Shown: positions 29,828 through 39,682 of the stretch, one piece after another | Position numbering within the stretch: position 1 is the stretch's first letter | Layout: each line of letters starts with the position of its first letter | IMG/VR virus record: IMGVR_UViG_3300042301_004035 | DNA from: a virus | Lineage: Duplodnaviria; Caudoviricetes | Reading direction: 5' to 3' (one strand) | Length of the DNA stretch: 64,000 nt | The notes under the pieces: generated by a model | What the model was told of the DNA's origin: nothing | The model's input: only the letters and a program-made list of their open reading frames with translations | Databases searched by the model: none | Program-made: the position numbers and the translations under genes

Positions 29828-30139
29828 ATGGACTTTTTCAAAAAATTGTTTGAACTTATAATCTATAATAGGGAAAACGGGGAAGAGTTAGAAGAACAGG
29901 TCTTCTTGCTTGATGATGATGACTTAGAGACTGAGAGTGTGGTTACCTTCCATCCTGATGGCAATGGTAACTTAGTATTCAATGTTTTTAGTATTGAAGT
30001 GTGGGAAATGATCGATGATATTTCCGAGCTTACCGGTAGGGATAAATTTTCTATCATAGAGGGCTTGTGCGAAGAGGATGGTATTGAATCCTGGGTTATC
30101 GATCCTAGGGAGTTTCCTAACGATTTAAATGATCTATAA
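29828..30139 (+). CDS. Hypothetical acidic protein, probably leaderless
   Basis: TAGAAT at 29815-29820, ATG 7 nt later (MDFFKKLFELII...). Confidence 0.5.
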   Translation: MDFFKKLFELIIYNRENGEELEEQVFLLDDDDLETESVVTFHPDGNGNLVFNVFSIEVWEMIDDISELTGRDKFSIIEGLCEEDGIESWVIDPREFPNDLNDL

Positions 30140-30159
30140 TAATACTTATATAAGGATAT

Positions 30160-30197
30160 AAAAAAACCCCCCGGTATATCCAGGGGGTTTTTCTTTT
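30160..30197. terminator. Bidirectional intrinsic terminator between convergent genes
   Basis: A7-C6...G5-T5 hairpin flanked by A and T tracts. Confidence 0.8.
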
Positions 30198-30211
30198 ATA
30201 TACGTTAAATA

Positions 30212-30406
30212 TTAGTCATTATAGCCGTAGTTGTCGAAATCATAATCTTCAACCTCAACGTAAGCTGACTTAGCTCCATAGTATGTCTTAGCGTTAAACT
30301 GATAGAAGACATCATCTTCCACGTCTAACCCTTCATAATCCTCGAACATATCCAGTTGAATATCATCCTGTGATTTTTGTGTCAACGTACTCTTGTTGTT
30401 ATTCAT
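30212..30406 (-). CDS. Hypothetical acidic 64-aa protein
   Basis: AAGGA RBS before MNNNKSTLTQK... Confidence 0.5.
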   Translation of the reverse strand: MNNNKSTLTQKSQDDIQLDMFEDYEGLDVEDDVFYQFNAKTYYGAKSAYVEVEDYDFDNYGYND

Positions 30407-30728
30407 TTTCTTATCCTTTTGTACTAGGCATTGATGGTTATATGATTCTTGTACATGATATGTATATGGCAACAAAGATAATAGCAAAGCATGTTTACCT
30501 TTGACAACCTCTATCACAATATATTCCAAACTTTTTTTGCCGGCCGATTTCCTATATAGGTATAAAAATAAGGGAAAAATTTTTGATGTAAAAACATATA
30601 TAAAAAAAAAACTAATAGGCTAAAAATATGGAAAAAATATGGGCCAGTAGTAGTGGGTATATACACACCCTTAAGATCTTTAACGTGCCCACCCGGGTAT
30701 GGGGTCTTAACTAACAATAAGGAGCATC

Positions 30729-30902
30729 ATGTCAGTTACATTGAAGAACAAGATAACAGGAGAAGTATATCCTGCTATTGGTCATTACGAGTGGGTATTG
30801 ATCAACCACATCGTAAGCAGTAAGTGCAAGGATCGTTCGTGGCACCATTGCCCTGAACACAGAGCAGAATTCATTGCTCTATTGGAAGAAGCAAGCATAT
30901 AA
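30729..30902 (+). CDS. Hypothetical 57-aa protein, first gene of the early-type region
   Basis: AAGGAG RBS; MSVTLKNKITGEVYPAIG... Confidence 0.55.
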   Translation: MSVTLKNKITGEVYPAIGHYEWVLINHIVSSKCKDRSWHHCPEHRAEFIALLEEASI

Positions 30903-30911
30903 ATAAGTAAG

Positions 30912-30960
30912 AGATTTCCCGGGATGGTAACCCCCTGCCATCCTGGGAATCTTTTTTTTT
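30912..30960 (+). terminator. Intrinsic terminator
   Basis: TTCCCGGGATGG...CCATCCTGGGAA hairpin followed by a T run. Confidence 0.85.
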
Positions 30961-31081
30961 AATGACTAGTGAACAGATCACTAATCAATGTCCATTGGTG
31001 GACACTAAACAACATGAACCATACGATAGCCATGGTATGTAAAACATTGGGCTTTATTCACTTCAAACATAGGAGATAGTC

Positions 31082-31231
31082 ATGGACCATAACAGGACAT
31101 CATATGCACGTACGTACCGTAAGTACCTACTGCATTGTGTAAAGCACAACATACCAGTAAATGCAAAGACATGTGCCTATGTAAGGGCATACCTAGTAGA
31201 AACATCAATCACCAATAAGGGAGGAAAGTAA
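31082..31231 (+). CDS. Hypothetical 49-aa protein
   Basis: AGGAG RBS; MDHNRTSYARTYRKYLLHC... Confidence 0.45.
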   Translation: MDHNRTSYARTYRKYLLHCVKHNIPVNAKTCAYVRAYLVETSITNKGGK

Positions 31232-31233
31232 CC

Positions 31234-31587
31234 ATGTTACCAGTAACACTAACCACGTGTGAGCAGATGGCTCAGGCGTACAACACACATGCACAGTATG
31301 CCGAGGTTATTGGCAAGTACGTGTGCCATGATGGCCAGGCAGTGTGGATACAGCTTGTTGGGTGCGGTGCATCTGATAGCCATACATTCACACACACCCA
31401 TAACATCCCAGAGTACATGAATAAGATGTACAATGGAAAGATTGTCCGCCTTCTAGGTGAGCGTTCATGGGATTCACGTGCACGCATGTGGGGCTACCGC
31501 TGGACCCTTCATTCAGTAAACCTATGGGAAGAGTCAGTAAAGGCTTCTCCTGCAGGTATTAAAGCCTTGTGCGGCACTAACTGCTAA
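31234..31587 (+). CDS. Hypothetical protein
   Basis: 117 aa, GGAGG RBS. Confidence 0.55.
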   Translation: MLPVTLTTCEQMAQAYNTHAQYAEVIGKYVCHDGQAVWIQLVGCGASDSHTFTHTHNIPEYMNKMYNGKIVRLLGERSWDSRARMWGYRWTLHSVNLWEESVKASPAGIKALCGTNC

Positions 31588-31692
31588 TTAAGTACATTGT
31601 CTATTGGTAGACGTTAACTTCATGACCCAACCGTTAATCAAGAGGTTGTAAATCACATGGTTATTTATCCAATATCAATTAAGGAGAAAGCA

Positions 31693-31968
31693 ATGAGTAA
31701 AGCAACAAAAATGTTCGTTGTTCTTATTGTCGCAATTGCGGCTTTAATAGCATCGGGCTTGCTAATCAATAAGCCAACATACTGTTACGTAAGTTCAGTT
31801 GTTGCATACGAAGGAGATACTCTTTGGAGTATAGCCAAGGCCAATTGCTACGGCAATAGCACCACAAATATGGTTGGTGATATCGTGGACCTCAATCCAG
31901 AATTGAAGACTCGTTATTTGCGAATCGGTGAATCAATTAAGCTACCAACAGAAAACGCAGGAAAGTAA
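31693..31968 (+). CDS. Membrane-anchored LysM-domain protein
   Basis: N-terminal TM segment; 'EGDTLWSIA...IVDLNPEL...LRIGESIKLP'. Confidence 0.8.
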   Translation: MSKATKMFVVLIVAIAALIASGLLINKPTYCYVSSVVAYEGDTLWSIAKANCYGNSTTNMVGDIVDLNPELKTRYLRIGESIKLPTENAGK

Positions 31969-32004
31969 ACATGTCAACAAACAACAATCCAAAAGGAGAA
32001 ACGA

Positions 32005-32208
32005 ATGCCTGAAGAAAATGTACCAAAACCAAGAGTGTTCACTGCCGAAGAAATTGTAGCAAAAATACTACAAGAAAAATTAAGCAAGAAAGCACTCATC
32101 AATGAATTGGTTTTTGCATTGAATGATGCAGAGGCAAACAAGCAAGAAAAAGATGCAGACATCTACTGGAATGCAATTATGGTCTTGACGAAAGGCCGAA
32201 TGCTCTAA
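32005..32208 (+). CDS. Hypothetical protein
   Basis: 67 aa, AGGAG RBS. Confidence 0.5.
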   Translation: MPEENVPKPRVFTAEEIVAKILQEKLSKKALINELVFALNDAEANKQEKDADIYWNAIMVLTKGRML

Positions 32209-32267
32209 GATAGATTTTTGCAATCAACAGAAAACAGTAAGCCAAAAAACAACAAAGGAGAAAAGTA

Positions 32268-32795
32268 ATGTTAGAAAACAATAATAAATTCCAGTCAAGG
32301 CTGGATTTAATCTCAAAAGCTGAAATTGTGTTACATCACATGGGAGAATGGCATGAGGTTAAAATCCAATCAAATGACAATCGGCTAACAAGTGGAGCAT
32401 TGACGTATACCCAATACGAAAATGTGTGTGATGAAACAAAATCATCATATTCATTTGTTGGCATTTCAGATGATGGTGCAATTGTTAATGGCTTTATCCA
32501 TGATGGATCCAATAAAATTGGTCGTGGTTATGGAGGCCAGTCATTTGAATTGACAATGCAAGATGGATCACACAGGGTTCTTACCGGACCATGGAGTGGA
32601 AGGCCATCAGTCCACACTGCCAATAGCGGTATTCAATACACCGAGGTTAACGTTAATAATACTTTGTATGGATTCTCGAAAGAATTCATTGAAGCCATAA
32701 TTGATCGGTTTAACCTCAACGCAAGCCTTGAATTGACATGCCGAGACATGGAAATTGAATTACGAGTAACAAACAACAACCAAGGAGAAAAGTAA
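32268..32795 (+). CDS. Hypothetical protein
   Basis: 175 aa, AGGAG RBS. Confidence 0.55.
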   Translation: MLENNNKFQSRLDLISKAEIVLHHMGEWHEVKIQSNDNRLTSGALTYTQYENVCDETKSSYSFVGISDDGAIVNGFIHDGSNKIGRGYGGQSFELTMQDGSHRVLTGPWSGRPSVHTANSGIQYTEVNVNNTLYGFSKEFIEAIIDRFNLNASLELTCRDMEIELRVTNNNQGEK

Positions 32796-33022
32796 TGAGT
32801 GATATATTCAAATTAGGTGTGCTTGATTTAGACAGGCAAGCATACTTTGATTTCTGCGAAAAGAACAATGGCGGATATCTTTTAAGTTCTCGCCAGCAGA
32901 AACAGTTAGAAAAGCATCTCATAATCTGGAAATTAAACACGCACATTCAGAAATGTGGTTCGTGTGGTTGGTGTGAGAAAAATGCAAAACAATTCCTAGA
33001 AGAAAACATAAAGGGGGAGTAA
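32795..33022 (+). CDS. Hypothetical protein with CxxCxxC
   Basis: 75 aa, translationally coupled. Confidence 0.5.
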   Translation: MSDIFKLGVLDLDRQAYFDFCEKNNGGYLLSSRQQKQLEKHLIIWKLNTHIQKCGSCGWCEKNAKQFLEENIKGE

Positions 33023-33273
33023 TGGCAAGGTTACATTGGAAGAACTATTCCCGTTTTGCTCGGGATTCAGAGAAAGAGGTGTGGTGTGCCCTAGGCAAAC
33101 ACTATGTTCACATAGCTAATGCTTGGATTACGTTTTACCCAGTAAAGCGTGTGTGGTGCACCGAATGCAAAGCAGGCAGTGAAACTAGGGTCGAGAAGAA
33201 GAAACTAGTATCTCAAGCAAAGCAAACAATGAAAGACAACCAACTATCACTATTCAACGAGGGAGGAAAGTAA
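33022..33273 (+). CDS. Hypothetical zinc-finger-like protein
   Basis: C-x4-H...CTEC. Confidence 0.5.
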   Translation: MARLHWKNYSRFARDSEKEVWCALGKHYVHIANAWITFYPVKRVWCTECKAGSETRVEKKKLVSQAKQTMKDNQLSLFNEGGK

Positions 33274-33275
33274 TC

Positions 33276-34079
33276 ATGAAGCCATTTAATCCAGGGGACA
33301 AGGTACGTTCCAAGGCAAAGCCTCATATAACAGGCACTGTAAAGTGGGTTAGGTTTGAACCCAATGGAGTATCTGTTAATAGGCAAAATTCACGTGGAAA
33401 ATGGAACTATGTCCAGAAGATACCAAAGGGAGGTTATACCGTATCTATTAACTGGGATCCAGTCCCACAACTTGGTTACTACCCAGAGCGTCCTTTGCAC
33501 GGTCTACAGGGGTCTACCGCAATTGAGTTAGTGCCGCAAGAAAATGTCAATCAAGAAACAACAAACAACGAAAGGAAAGAAGCCATGTCAAATCAACCAA
33601 CAACAATTCGGGAGGTAAATCCGATGAAGCAGTGCAAACACCAAGTCTGGGATTGGAAATTAATTCCAGGACAAGTAAACACAGACTACAAGGCAGTTTA
33701 TTGTGAACTGTGTGGAGAGCAACTGGCTCAACTTGCACCAAAGAACAAACCAATGACAGATAAGCAGATAAAGTTTATCCGGTCTTTGTTCTTGGAAGTT
33801 AAATCAAACATGACAATTGATGAGCAGGAGTCTTTGACAACAAAGATGAAAGCACATATCGATGGGACAAATGTACTCACCACCAAGTGGGCATCAGCAG
33901 CTATTGACAAGCTTAAGGCATACAAGCCTAAGCCCGTTAAGCCTGTCCAAGTTATCGATGAGGATGAGCCATTTGGCAAAGTTGAATGTCATGTATGTGG
34001 CACGAAATACCAGCCAGAAGAAATGGGCGGATCAGGCACTGAAGTATTCACCAACGGATGCATCGCATGTCTGTATTAA
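33276..34079 (+). CDS. Multidomain hypothetical protein (SH3-like N-terminus, zinc ribbons, 'TDKQIKFI' helical motif)
   Basis: 'GDKVRSK...GTVKWV', CELC, CHVC...CIAC. Confidence 0.5.
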   Translation: MKPFNPGDKVRSKAKPHITGTVKWVRFEPNGVSVNRQNSRGKWNYVQKIPKGGYTVSINWDPVPQLGYYPERPLHGLQGSTAIELVPQENVNQETTNNERKEAMSNQPTTIREVNPMKQCKHQVWDWKLIPGQVNTDYKAVYCELCGEQLAQLAPKNKPMTDKQIKFIRSLFLEVKSNMTIDEQESLTTKMKAHIDGTNVLTTKWASAAIDKLKAYKPKPVKPVQVIDEDEPFGKVECHVCGTKYQPEEMGGSGTEVFTNGCIACLY

Positions 34080-34123
34080 ATCAATCAAACAATCAACCAA
34101 CAACAAATGGGGAGGTAAAACCC

Positions 34124-36799
34124 ATGGAAACACCACAACAAAAGCTCAATCGTTTAACGACAGAGCCTCAACAGAAAGGAGCAGAAGTGATTGCATTCAT
34201 GCATGACTTCTTCCACACCATCACCAACGACCCAACAGAGCGTGAGTCATTGGCCTATTCAACCGTAAAGAAGACGGGCAAACCATTCAAGATGGGGACA
34301 ACAGTTCGCACTGGTGAGAATGGTGCATACAACCACCATATCTGGCTTATGCCAATCAACAACAACCCTACTTGGAAGTATGGACTCTTGGAGCACAAGC
34401 TTAACAGCCGCGGTAAGAAGTTCAAGCTTAAGATGATCACAATCAATGAGCTGAAGCAGTGGATCAGCAAGGACAACGGAGACTTAGATGCACTCATCGA
34501 AGAATCCAACTTTGCCTGGGCTAATGCAACACATGCTTTCTTCTTGAAGATGCGTGAAGACAACAACTGGTCATTGGATGATCTTGGTGTCAGCGTAATC
34601 GACATGAAGAAGACATCAAAGCGACTTCAAGAAATCACACGGTTTACTCAGGTATATCGTTCAAGGTCAATGAAGTCAGTCACCACTAAGGCTTATACGA
34701 ACGAATGGCTTGAGCAATACTACTCTAGCTATGGATTGAAGTATGATCCAGCAGATGAGGTGATGTTTGATGGACCAGCCTTTATGCGCAAATCAGCATT
34801 CATCAAAGCTTGTTTCCCTATCAAAGATGCGGAAGTAAGAGGCAGGATGATTGGTGGTGTGCACGGTGACAATCGTACTTGGTTGTTCCGTATGAAAATG
34901 GAAAGCTTCATGCTTAAGGGCTTGTTGCACATTGTTGAGGATGATGAAATCCCAGCAGATATTGTGTACCACGAATCAATGGAGAAGAAGGAATTGTCCA
35001 CAACAGATGGTAATTATACATTTGTAGCGTGGCCGATGCCAACTCTGTACGAAGTAACGATTGACGATCAATCAATGATCAACAATCCATGGTTGTACAC
35101 CACTGAACACCTCAAAGCTACATGTGACAGTCTTTTGTCTGACTTCAAGAAAGAAATCGAAGTGGGCAATATGCCAGAATGGATGACTGTTAGCATGGAT
35201 GATCAAGAGGATCATGGAGTAGTCAACGAAGACAATGAACTCCAAGAGTGGCAAGCAAACTACATCAAGTGGCAAAAGGCTGGGTTCTCATTGTATGACA
35301 GCTCAAACTTCATCCACATGGCGTATGGTCAGCTTGCTAATCGCATGAGTGCATCAGTTAAGCGTGGTAACATCTGGTTGCCAATGTTTAATGCATTCAT
35401 GGCTCCTGTCATTACTCATGAGGCATTGCAAATCATGGGTGGACAAGAGCTGCCAGAGTCAAAGTCAAATGTTGTATGGTATGACAAGCGCTTCGGTGCA
35501 ATCATCCCAGGCAATCGCTTTGTTGAGACAGCAGACCTCCACGATACATGGGATCAAGATGGTGACATGGCTAGGTTCATTCGCATTAAGTTGTGGAGCT
35601 CTTCGCCAGTTGTAACTCTCTATGGGTTGTCACACCAGGAATTCAGGGATGGATTTGTTATCCCAGCTGACCTGGAAGTACCAACCACACCAGAAGAAGC
35701 AATCGACATGGTTGTTATCATTCGTTCACCAAACGGACCTGGTGGTTATTCAATCGAGCGTTACGATGCAGAGACAATGCCATTTATGCGTGTAAACGAG
35801 GACATGGTACAGGTAATTGACCTTAGCAAAGCAACATTGCCGATGAGCACACTGCTTAAAGACACTATTGTTGACACTAAGCTCAATGAAATCCTGAACT
35901 CAACACAGTACACCAAGAGGGGATTCACACGGGATAACGCCAAGGACATGATTGATGCACAACTGCACAACCCTGGGTTTGGTTCATTCTCGAACTTCAT
36001 GATGGTGCATGCAAGTGTGTTCGGTCCAAGCTACCCAACCTACATGCCAGCTAGTGGTAATGACATTATCGATGCAAGCTCTCAGACAGCAAACATTGAG
36101 GCATTCCGCTTTATCAGTGGCAGCGTATCAACCATGTGGCAATCAATGATCGATGATATCATCAAGCAAGATATCAGGGTTGACAGCTATATGATGAGTC
36201 GTATCCCTGATCGGTTCAAGCATGAGTTGGAAGGTAATGTCTACGATGGACCATTGGCAGAGCTCAGTGAGCACTACATCAAGGTACTCAAGGATGTACG
36301 CGAAGAGAAGAAGAACACTATCTATCTCCGCATGCGTTCTGAGTTAATCCCTCAACTGCAACAGTTAATTCCTACGCTGTCAGATCAAACACAGGCTGTC
36401 TGTGAAGCATTCAACACCAAGTACATCCACATGTTGCGTGCATTTGACGAACGTAAGGCAGAAGCTAAGGCAGAAGAGACAAAGTGGTCAAGCCGTTACT
36501 TCAAGGCATGGAACGCTGTGTATTCTTCAACCGAGTTGGAAGCCATTGTCAAGATGATGGTCGATGAGATTGAAACGTCCAAGTCACCAACCAAGATGGC
36601 TGTTGCTATCTACCGCTGGATGACTGATCCAAAGATGAGCTACGAGAAAGTATATCACGAAGGTCGTGGTGAATACATCAAAGCTAATGCTCATCTGCGT
36701 TATGGTCTTATTGACCGTGTAATGTTCCAAGCCGGCAAGCGTGGGCAGAAATCAATGATGGATCTGCTTATCCAGGGGCTCAAGGATCTGGGCCTCTAG
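34124..36799 (+). CDS. Putative single-subunit two-barrel (DPBB) RNA-polymerase-like protein, paralog A
   Basis: 'MLKGLLHIV...DIVYHESMEKKE', intact DxDGD (WDQDGD, 35552-35566), 'IIRSPN', 'FGSFSN'; start at 34124 from the GGAGG RBS. Confidence 0.6.
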   Translation: METPQQKLNRLTTEPQQKGAEVIAFMHDFFHTITNDPTERESLAYSTVKKTGKPFKMGTTVRTGENGAYNHHIWLMPINNNPTWKYGLLEHKLNSRGKKFKLKMITINELKQWISKDNGDLDALIEESNFAWANATHAFFLKMREDNNWSLDDLGVSVIDMKKTSKRLQEITRFTQVYRSRSMKSVTTKAYTNEWLEQYYSSYGLKYDPADEVMFDGPAFMRKSAFIKACFPIKDAEVRGRMIGGVHGDNRTWLFRMKMESFMLKGLLHIVEDDEIPADIVYHESMEKKELSTTDGNYTFVAWPMPTLYEVTIDDQSMINNPWLYTTEHLKATCDSLLSDFKKEIEVGNMPEWMTVSMDDQEDHGVVNEDNELQEWQANYIKWQKAGFSLYDSSNFIHMAYGQLANRMSASVKRGNIWLPMFNAFMAPVITHEALQIMGGQELPESKSNVVWYDKRFGAIIPGNRFVETADLHDTWDQDGDMARFIRIKLWSSSPVVTLYGLSHQEFRDGFVIPADLEVPTTPEEAIDMVVIIRSPNGPGGYSIERYDAETMPFMRVNEDMVQVIDLSKATLPMSTLLKDTIVDTKLNEILNSTQYTKRGFTRDNAKDMIDAQLHNPGFGSFSNFMMVHASVFGPSYPTYMPASGNDIIDASSQTANIEAFRFISGSVSTMWQSMIDDIIKQDIRVDSYMMSRIPDRFKHELEGNVYDGPLAELSEHYIKVLKDVREEKKNTIYLRMRSELIPQLQQLIPTLSDQTQAVCEAFNTKYIHMLRAFDERKAEAKAEETKWSSRYFKAWNAVYSSTELEAIVKMMVDEIETSKSPTKMAVAIYRWMTDPKMSYEKVYHEGRGEYIKANAHLRYGLIDRVMFQAGKRGQKSMMDLLIQGLKDLGL

Positions 36800-37028
36800 G
36801 ATAAGTATTATCTTAATGTTATATTCTAAACAAGTACCGTGCTCTGCCTAGTCCCCAAGACTTGGTTCCACTTTGATTCTAAACACGGTTCAAGAGATTT
36901 TCCGCGGTCTGGCCCCCATCACGGGTCTGGCCGTTGAATAAGTCGGGGTCTTTCGGGACTTCGCCTACTGGTAACATCGGGTTGCTGGTAGTTTATGTGA
37001 CTACGGTCACAGAAAGGGGTTGGGTCTA

Positions 37029-37556
37029 ATGACTCTTCTCATCACTAAGGTTGGTGCACCTACAACGCACACACATAACTTGAAGGACGGCTCAGGCTCG
37101 TTCAACAAGACCGAAATTCCTGTAACACTACAGGCCAAGTTCGGTGAGGAAGCAGGCTTTCAGATTGGTGTAAACTACACTATCTGGATGGACGCTGCTC
37201 GTGCAAGCAAAGTCGTCGCGATTGCTCAGGCATTCATTGATGGCACAGCCACTGACAGTAACGGTGAACTGTATCACCCAAGTTGCCGTCTTGCTGTACT
37301 CAACGACAGCGAATGCTTTACTGCGGGCGAACTGCGGACGAAGGAATTGACCAACAAGTTTGGTGGTACATACACTGTTACCAACCAGACCATTTGGTTG
37401 AAGGACGACACGGCTTTGACTTATGACATTGCCGAGTTGGCTGTTTCCCCTCAGCGTGGCAATATCGATGACCTCGATATCCTCGTTGACTTCCGTGGTG
37501 CTGCTTTGGTTGCGCCAGTTGTTACATCCACTGCTACTGCTGAAGTGCCTTTCTGA
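37029..37556 (+). CDS. Putative single-stranded DNA-binding protein with an SSB-like C-terminal tail
   Basis: Beta-rich 175-aa protein ending ATAEVPF; follows the RNAP-like gene; structured leader. Confidence 0.45.
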   Translation: MTLLITKVGAPTTHTHNLKDGSGSFNKTEIPVTLQAKFGEEAGFQIGVNYTIWMDAARASKVVAIAQAFIDGTATDSNGELYHPSCRLAVLNDSECFTAGELRTKELTNKFGGTYTVTNQTIWLKDDTALTYDIAELAVSPQRGNIDDLDILVDFRGAALVAPVVTSTATAEVPF

Positions 37557-37577
37557 CACTTTAGTTTTAGCCCGTTT

Positions 37578-37632
37578 TGTCAGTCAGGTCGGTATGCCCC
37601 CCCGCATATCGGCTTGACTGACATTTTTTTTT
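37578..37632 (+). terminator. Strong intrinsic terminator
   Basis: ~20-bp hairpin TGTCAGTCAGGTCGGTATGC/GCATATCGGCTTGACTGACA followed by T9. Confidence 0.9.
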
Positions 37633-37708
37633 GCAACTAGTTCCCTAATCTTTTTTTTGTTCCTAGTATTCTAATCCTTAGGAATAAGTCGGAGAAAAGG
37701 AGAATAGC

Positions 37709-37867
37709 ATGAGTGAACCTTACATTTGCGGAACAGCAGCACCTGATCCTTGCGAATTTGAAAGCGTAGAACATCATGACGCTACTTGTCAAGAATGTCT
37801 ATCTTGGTTTCCAACATGGACAGCAGCTCAAGAAGCAGCTAAAAAAGCAAGAAATCTGTGTAAATAA
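37709..37867 (+). CDS. Hypothetical Cys-rich 52-aa protein
   Basis: AGGAG RBS; MSEPYICG...CQEC. Confidence 0.45.
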   Translation: MSEPYICGTAAPDPCEFESVEHHDATCQECLSWFPTWTAAQEAAKKARNLCK

Positions 37868-38132
37868 TCATAGGACACATATAAAAGCCTATGTACTGGT
37901 AGCCTGTAAACCAATGGATGTCGAATCAGGCTGAGTAATCAACACTTATATATACATACGGTCGTTCTACCGATGTAAAGTTGATGATGAACAGTCGAGT
38001 TACAGCGACTTTTAAACATTTAGGGTAACCTAGGCCACTGGTACAAGGGCGACATTATTGTACTGTCTGACATATGCAGGAATAGCGTTGTATCAATATG
38101 TTATATTATTCATCTCAATTGAAAGGATTGTT

Positions 38133-38411
38133 ATGGGAATTCAAGACGACTCATTTGATGTTAATCTTATTGCGACTAAAGAAGGTCTAATAAAGATTAG
38201 TCAGATGACTTTGCTAGAAACGGTCAAGGAAATGAACCGCCGTACAGACTCATTGCTTGAGATCTGTGAATCACACCAAATACTTATTGAGCAGTTGTCC
38301 GATAAAGTTATTTCTTTACAGGATGCACTTGATAATCTCAAGCCTTGCCAATGCTGTGGAAGCAACCCATGCCTCGAATCACTCGATGCAGCTAAACATG
38401 GAGACTACTAA
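38133..38411 (+). CDS. Hypothetical coiled-coil protein
   Basis: AAGGA RBS before ATG 38133. Confidence 0.45.
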   Translation: MGIQDDSFDVNLIATKEGLIKISQMTLLETVKEMNRRTDSLLEICESHQILIEQLSDKVISLQDALDNLKPCQCCGSNPCLESLDAAKHGDY

Positions 38412-38653
38412 TGGACATCATCTTACCTCTCGTCATTCTAATCCTCATATCGGCTGTATTCGTGCGAGGCATTGTGCGATATGTTGCCGGCAACCCATGG
38501 AAATTACATCGTTGTATGAACCACCAGTTCTACTTTGAAGAAATAGATTGTCGTGGAATATATTGTGGCGTATGTCACAAGGACATAGACATTGAATATT
38601 ATTCTAAAGGAATAAGTCGGGAGGGAATAACCCATGAAAATACAAATGATTGA
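38411..38653 (+). CDS. Hypothetical membrane-anchored protein with a Zn-finger
   Basis: TM segment, C..H...CGVC. Confidence 0.45.
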   Translation: MDIILPLVILILISAVFVRGIVRYVAGNPWKLHRCMNHQFYFEEIDCRGIYCGVCHKDIDIEYYSKGISREGITHENTND

Positions 38654-38810
38654 TGACATACCACGCAAAGGTTTGTGTGCCATATGTCACAAGACCAAAC
38701 TCACAGTAACAGTATCCATCATATCCAAAGGAAGTCCTATAATCACCACTGAAGATTGGTGCTTAGAAGATTTCCACACTCTACAAGATAAAACACTCAC
38801 ACTACGCTGA
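38634..38810 (+). CDS. Hypothetical 58-aa zinc-ribbon-like protein
   Basis: Manual translation, CAIC...C; GGAGG RBS. Confidence 0.4.
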   Translation: MKIQMIDDIPRKGLCAICHKTKLTVTVSIISKGSPIITTEDWCLEDFHTLQDKTLTLR

Positions 38811-38821
38811 AAGGCAAAAAC

Positions 38822-39115
38822 ATGATATCAAAATATGAAACAAAAGATGAAAACTGGGAATCCTATGGTTTTCTTAATGTACTAACCGAATATCACACAC
38901 GCCCTCAAGGTATGATCAGTTCAATGCGAGCTGAAAAATACAACGATGGTAGTGTTCATATTGAATTCAACATTCAAAGCCCAAGTGGTACACCAGATTC
39001 ATCTGACTTCCTAACCTACACTATGCTAGAAATCAATTCATTTGAACGCGCTAAAGCTATTGTAGATATGTATGCAACCATGTTAGACTCTTACATTCTA
39101 AAGATGTCAGCATGA
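38822..39115 (+). CDS. Hypothetical protein
   Basis: 97-aa ORF. Confidence 0.5.
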   Translation: MISKYETKDENWESYGFLNVLTEYHTRPQGMISSMRAEKYNDGSVHIEFNIQSPSGTPDSSDFLTYTMLEINSFERAKAIVDMYATMLDSYILKMSA

Positions 39116-39310
39116 AAACATTCGGGCTAATCTCAATATCATTTGCAGCAGGCAGTATCACCATGATGATGTGGCTTCGCAAGATATTCAATAAAACAAT
39201 GAAAGGAACCTTGTGAAGAAACTTGCAATAATCACTACAACAATAGCATTCGTTATTGCCGGCTTAGCATTATACATCAAAAAGATGACATTGTTCAAAG
39301 GAGAATAAGC

Positions 39311-39577
39311 ATGAACTATAAGAAACTATTCTGGGGCTACATGGCATTTAGTGCTATCACTGGCTTTGTCATTGGCATTGTGCGCGGCATTGAGCAACAA
39401 AAAATCAAGCGTCGCTTACGCAATAACCCATTGTCTGCCAGTAAAGCATTTCAAGAAGTGTACGGACACTATCATAATCAAGACTTAGATTTCCCTGAAT
39501 GGGTAAACACTGATGAAGACGCTAGATTCAATAGCATTGTAGGCCGTCTAAACCATCCAACGAACCGACAGAAGTAG
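39311..39577 (+). CDS. Hypothetical membrane-anchored protein
   Basis: N-terminal TM segment, AGGAG RBS. Confidence 0.5.
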   Translation: MNYKKLFWGYMAFSAITGFVIGIVRGIEQQKIKRRLRNNPLSASKAFQEVYGHYHNQDLDFPEWVNTDEDARFNSIVGRLNHPTNRQK

Positions 39578-39682
39578 GAATAAGTCGGGATATTTTCGGA
39601 GGGGGGTGACCGTTGTTTGATTGGCTATTCGATATTATCCAAGATATATTAGATTCAATATTCAACTAAGGAGAAAAACATT

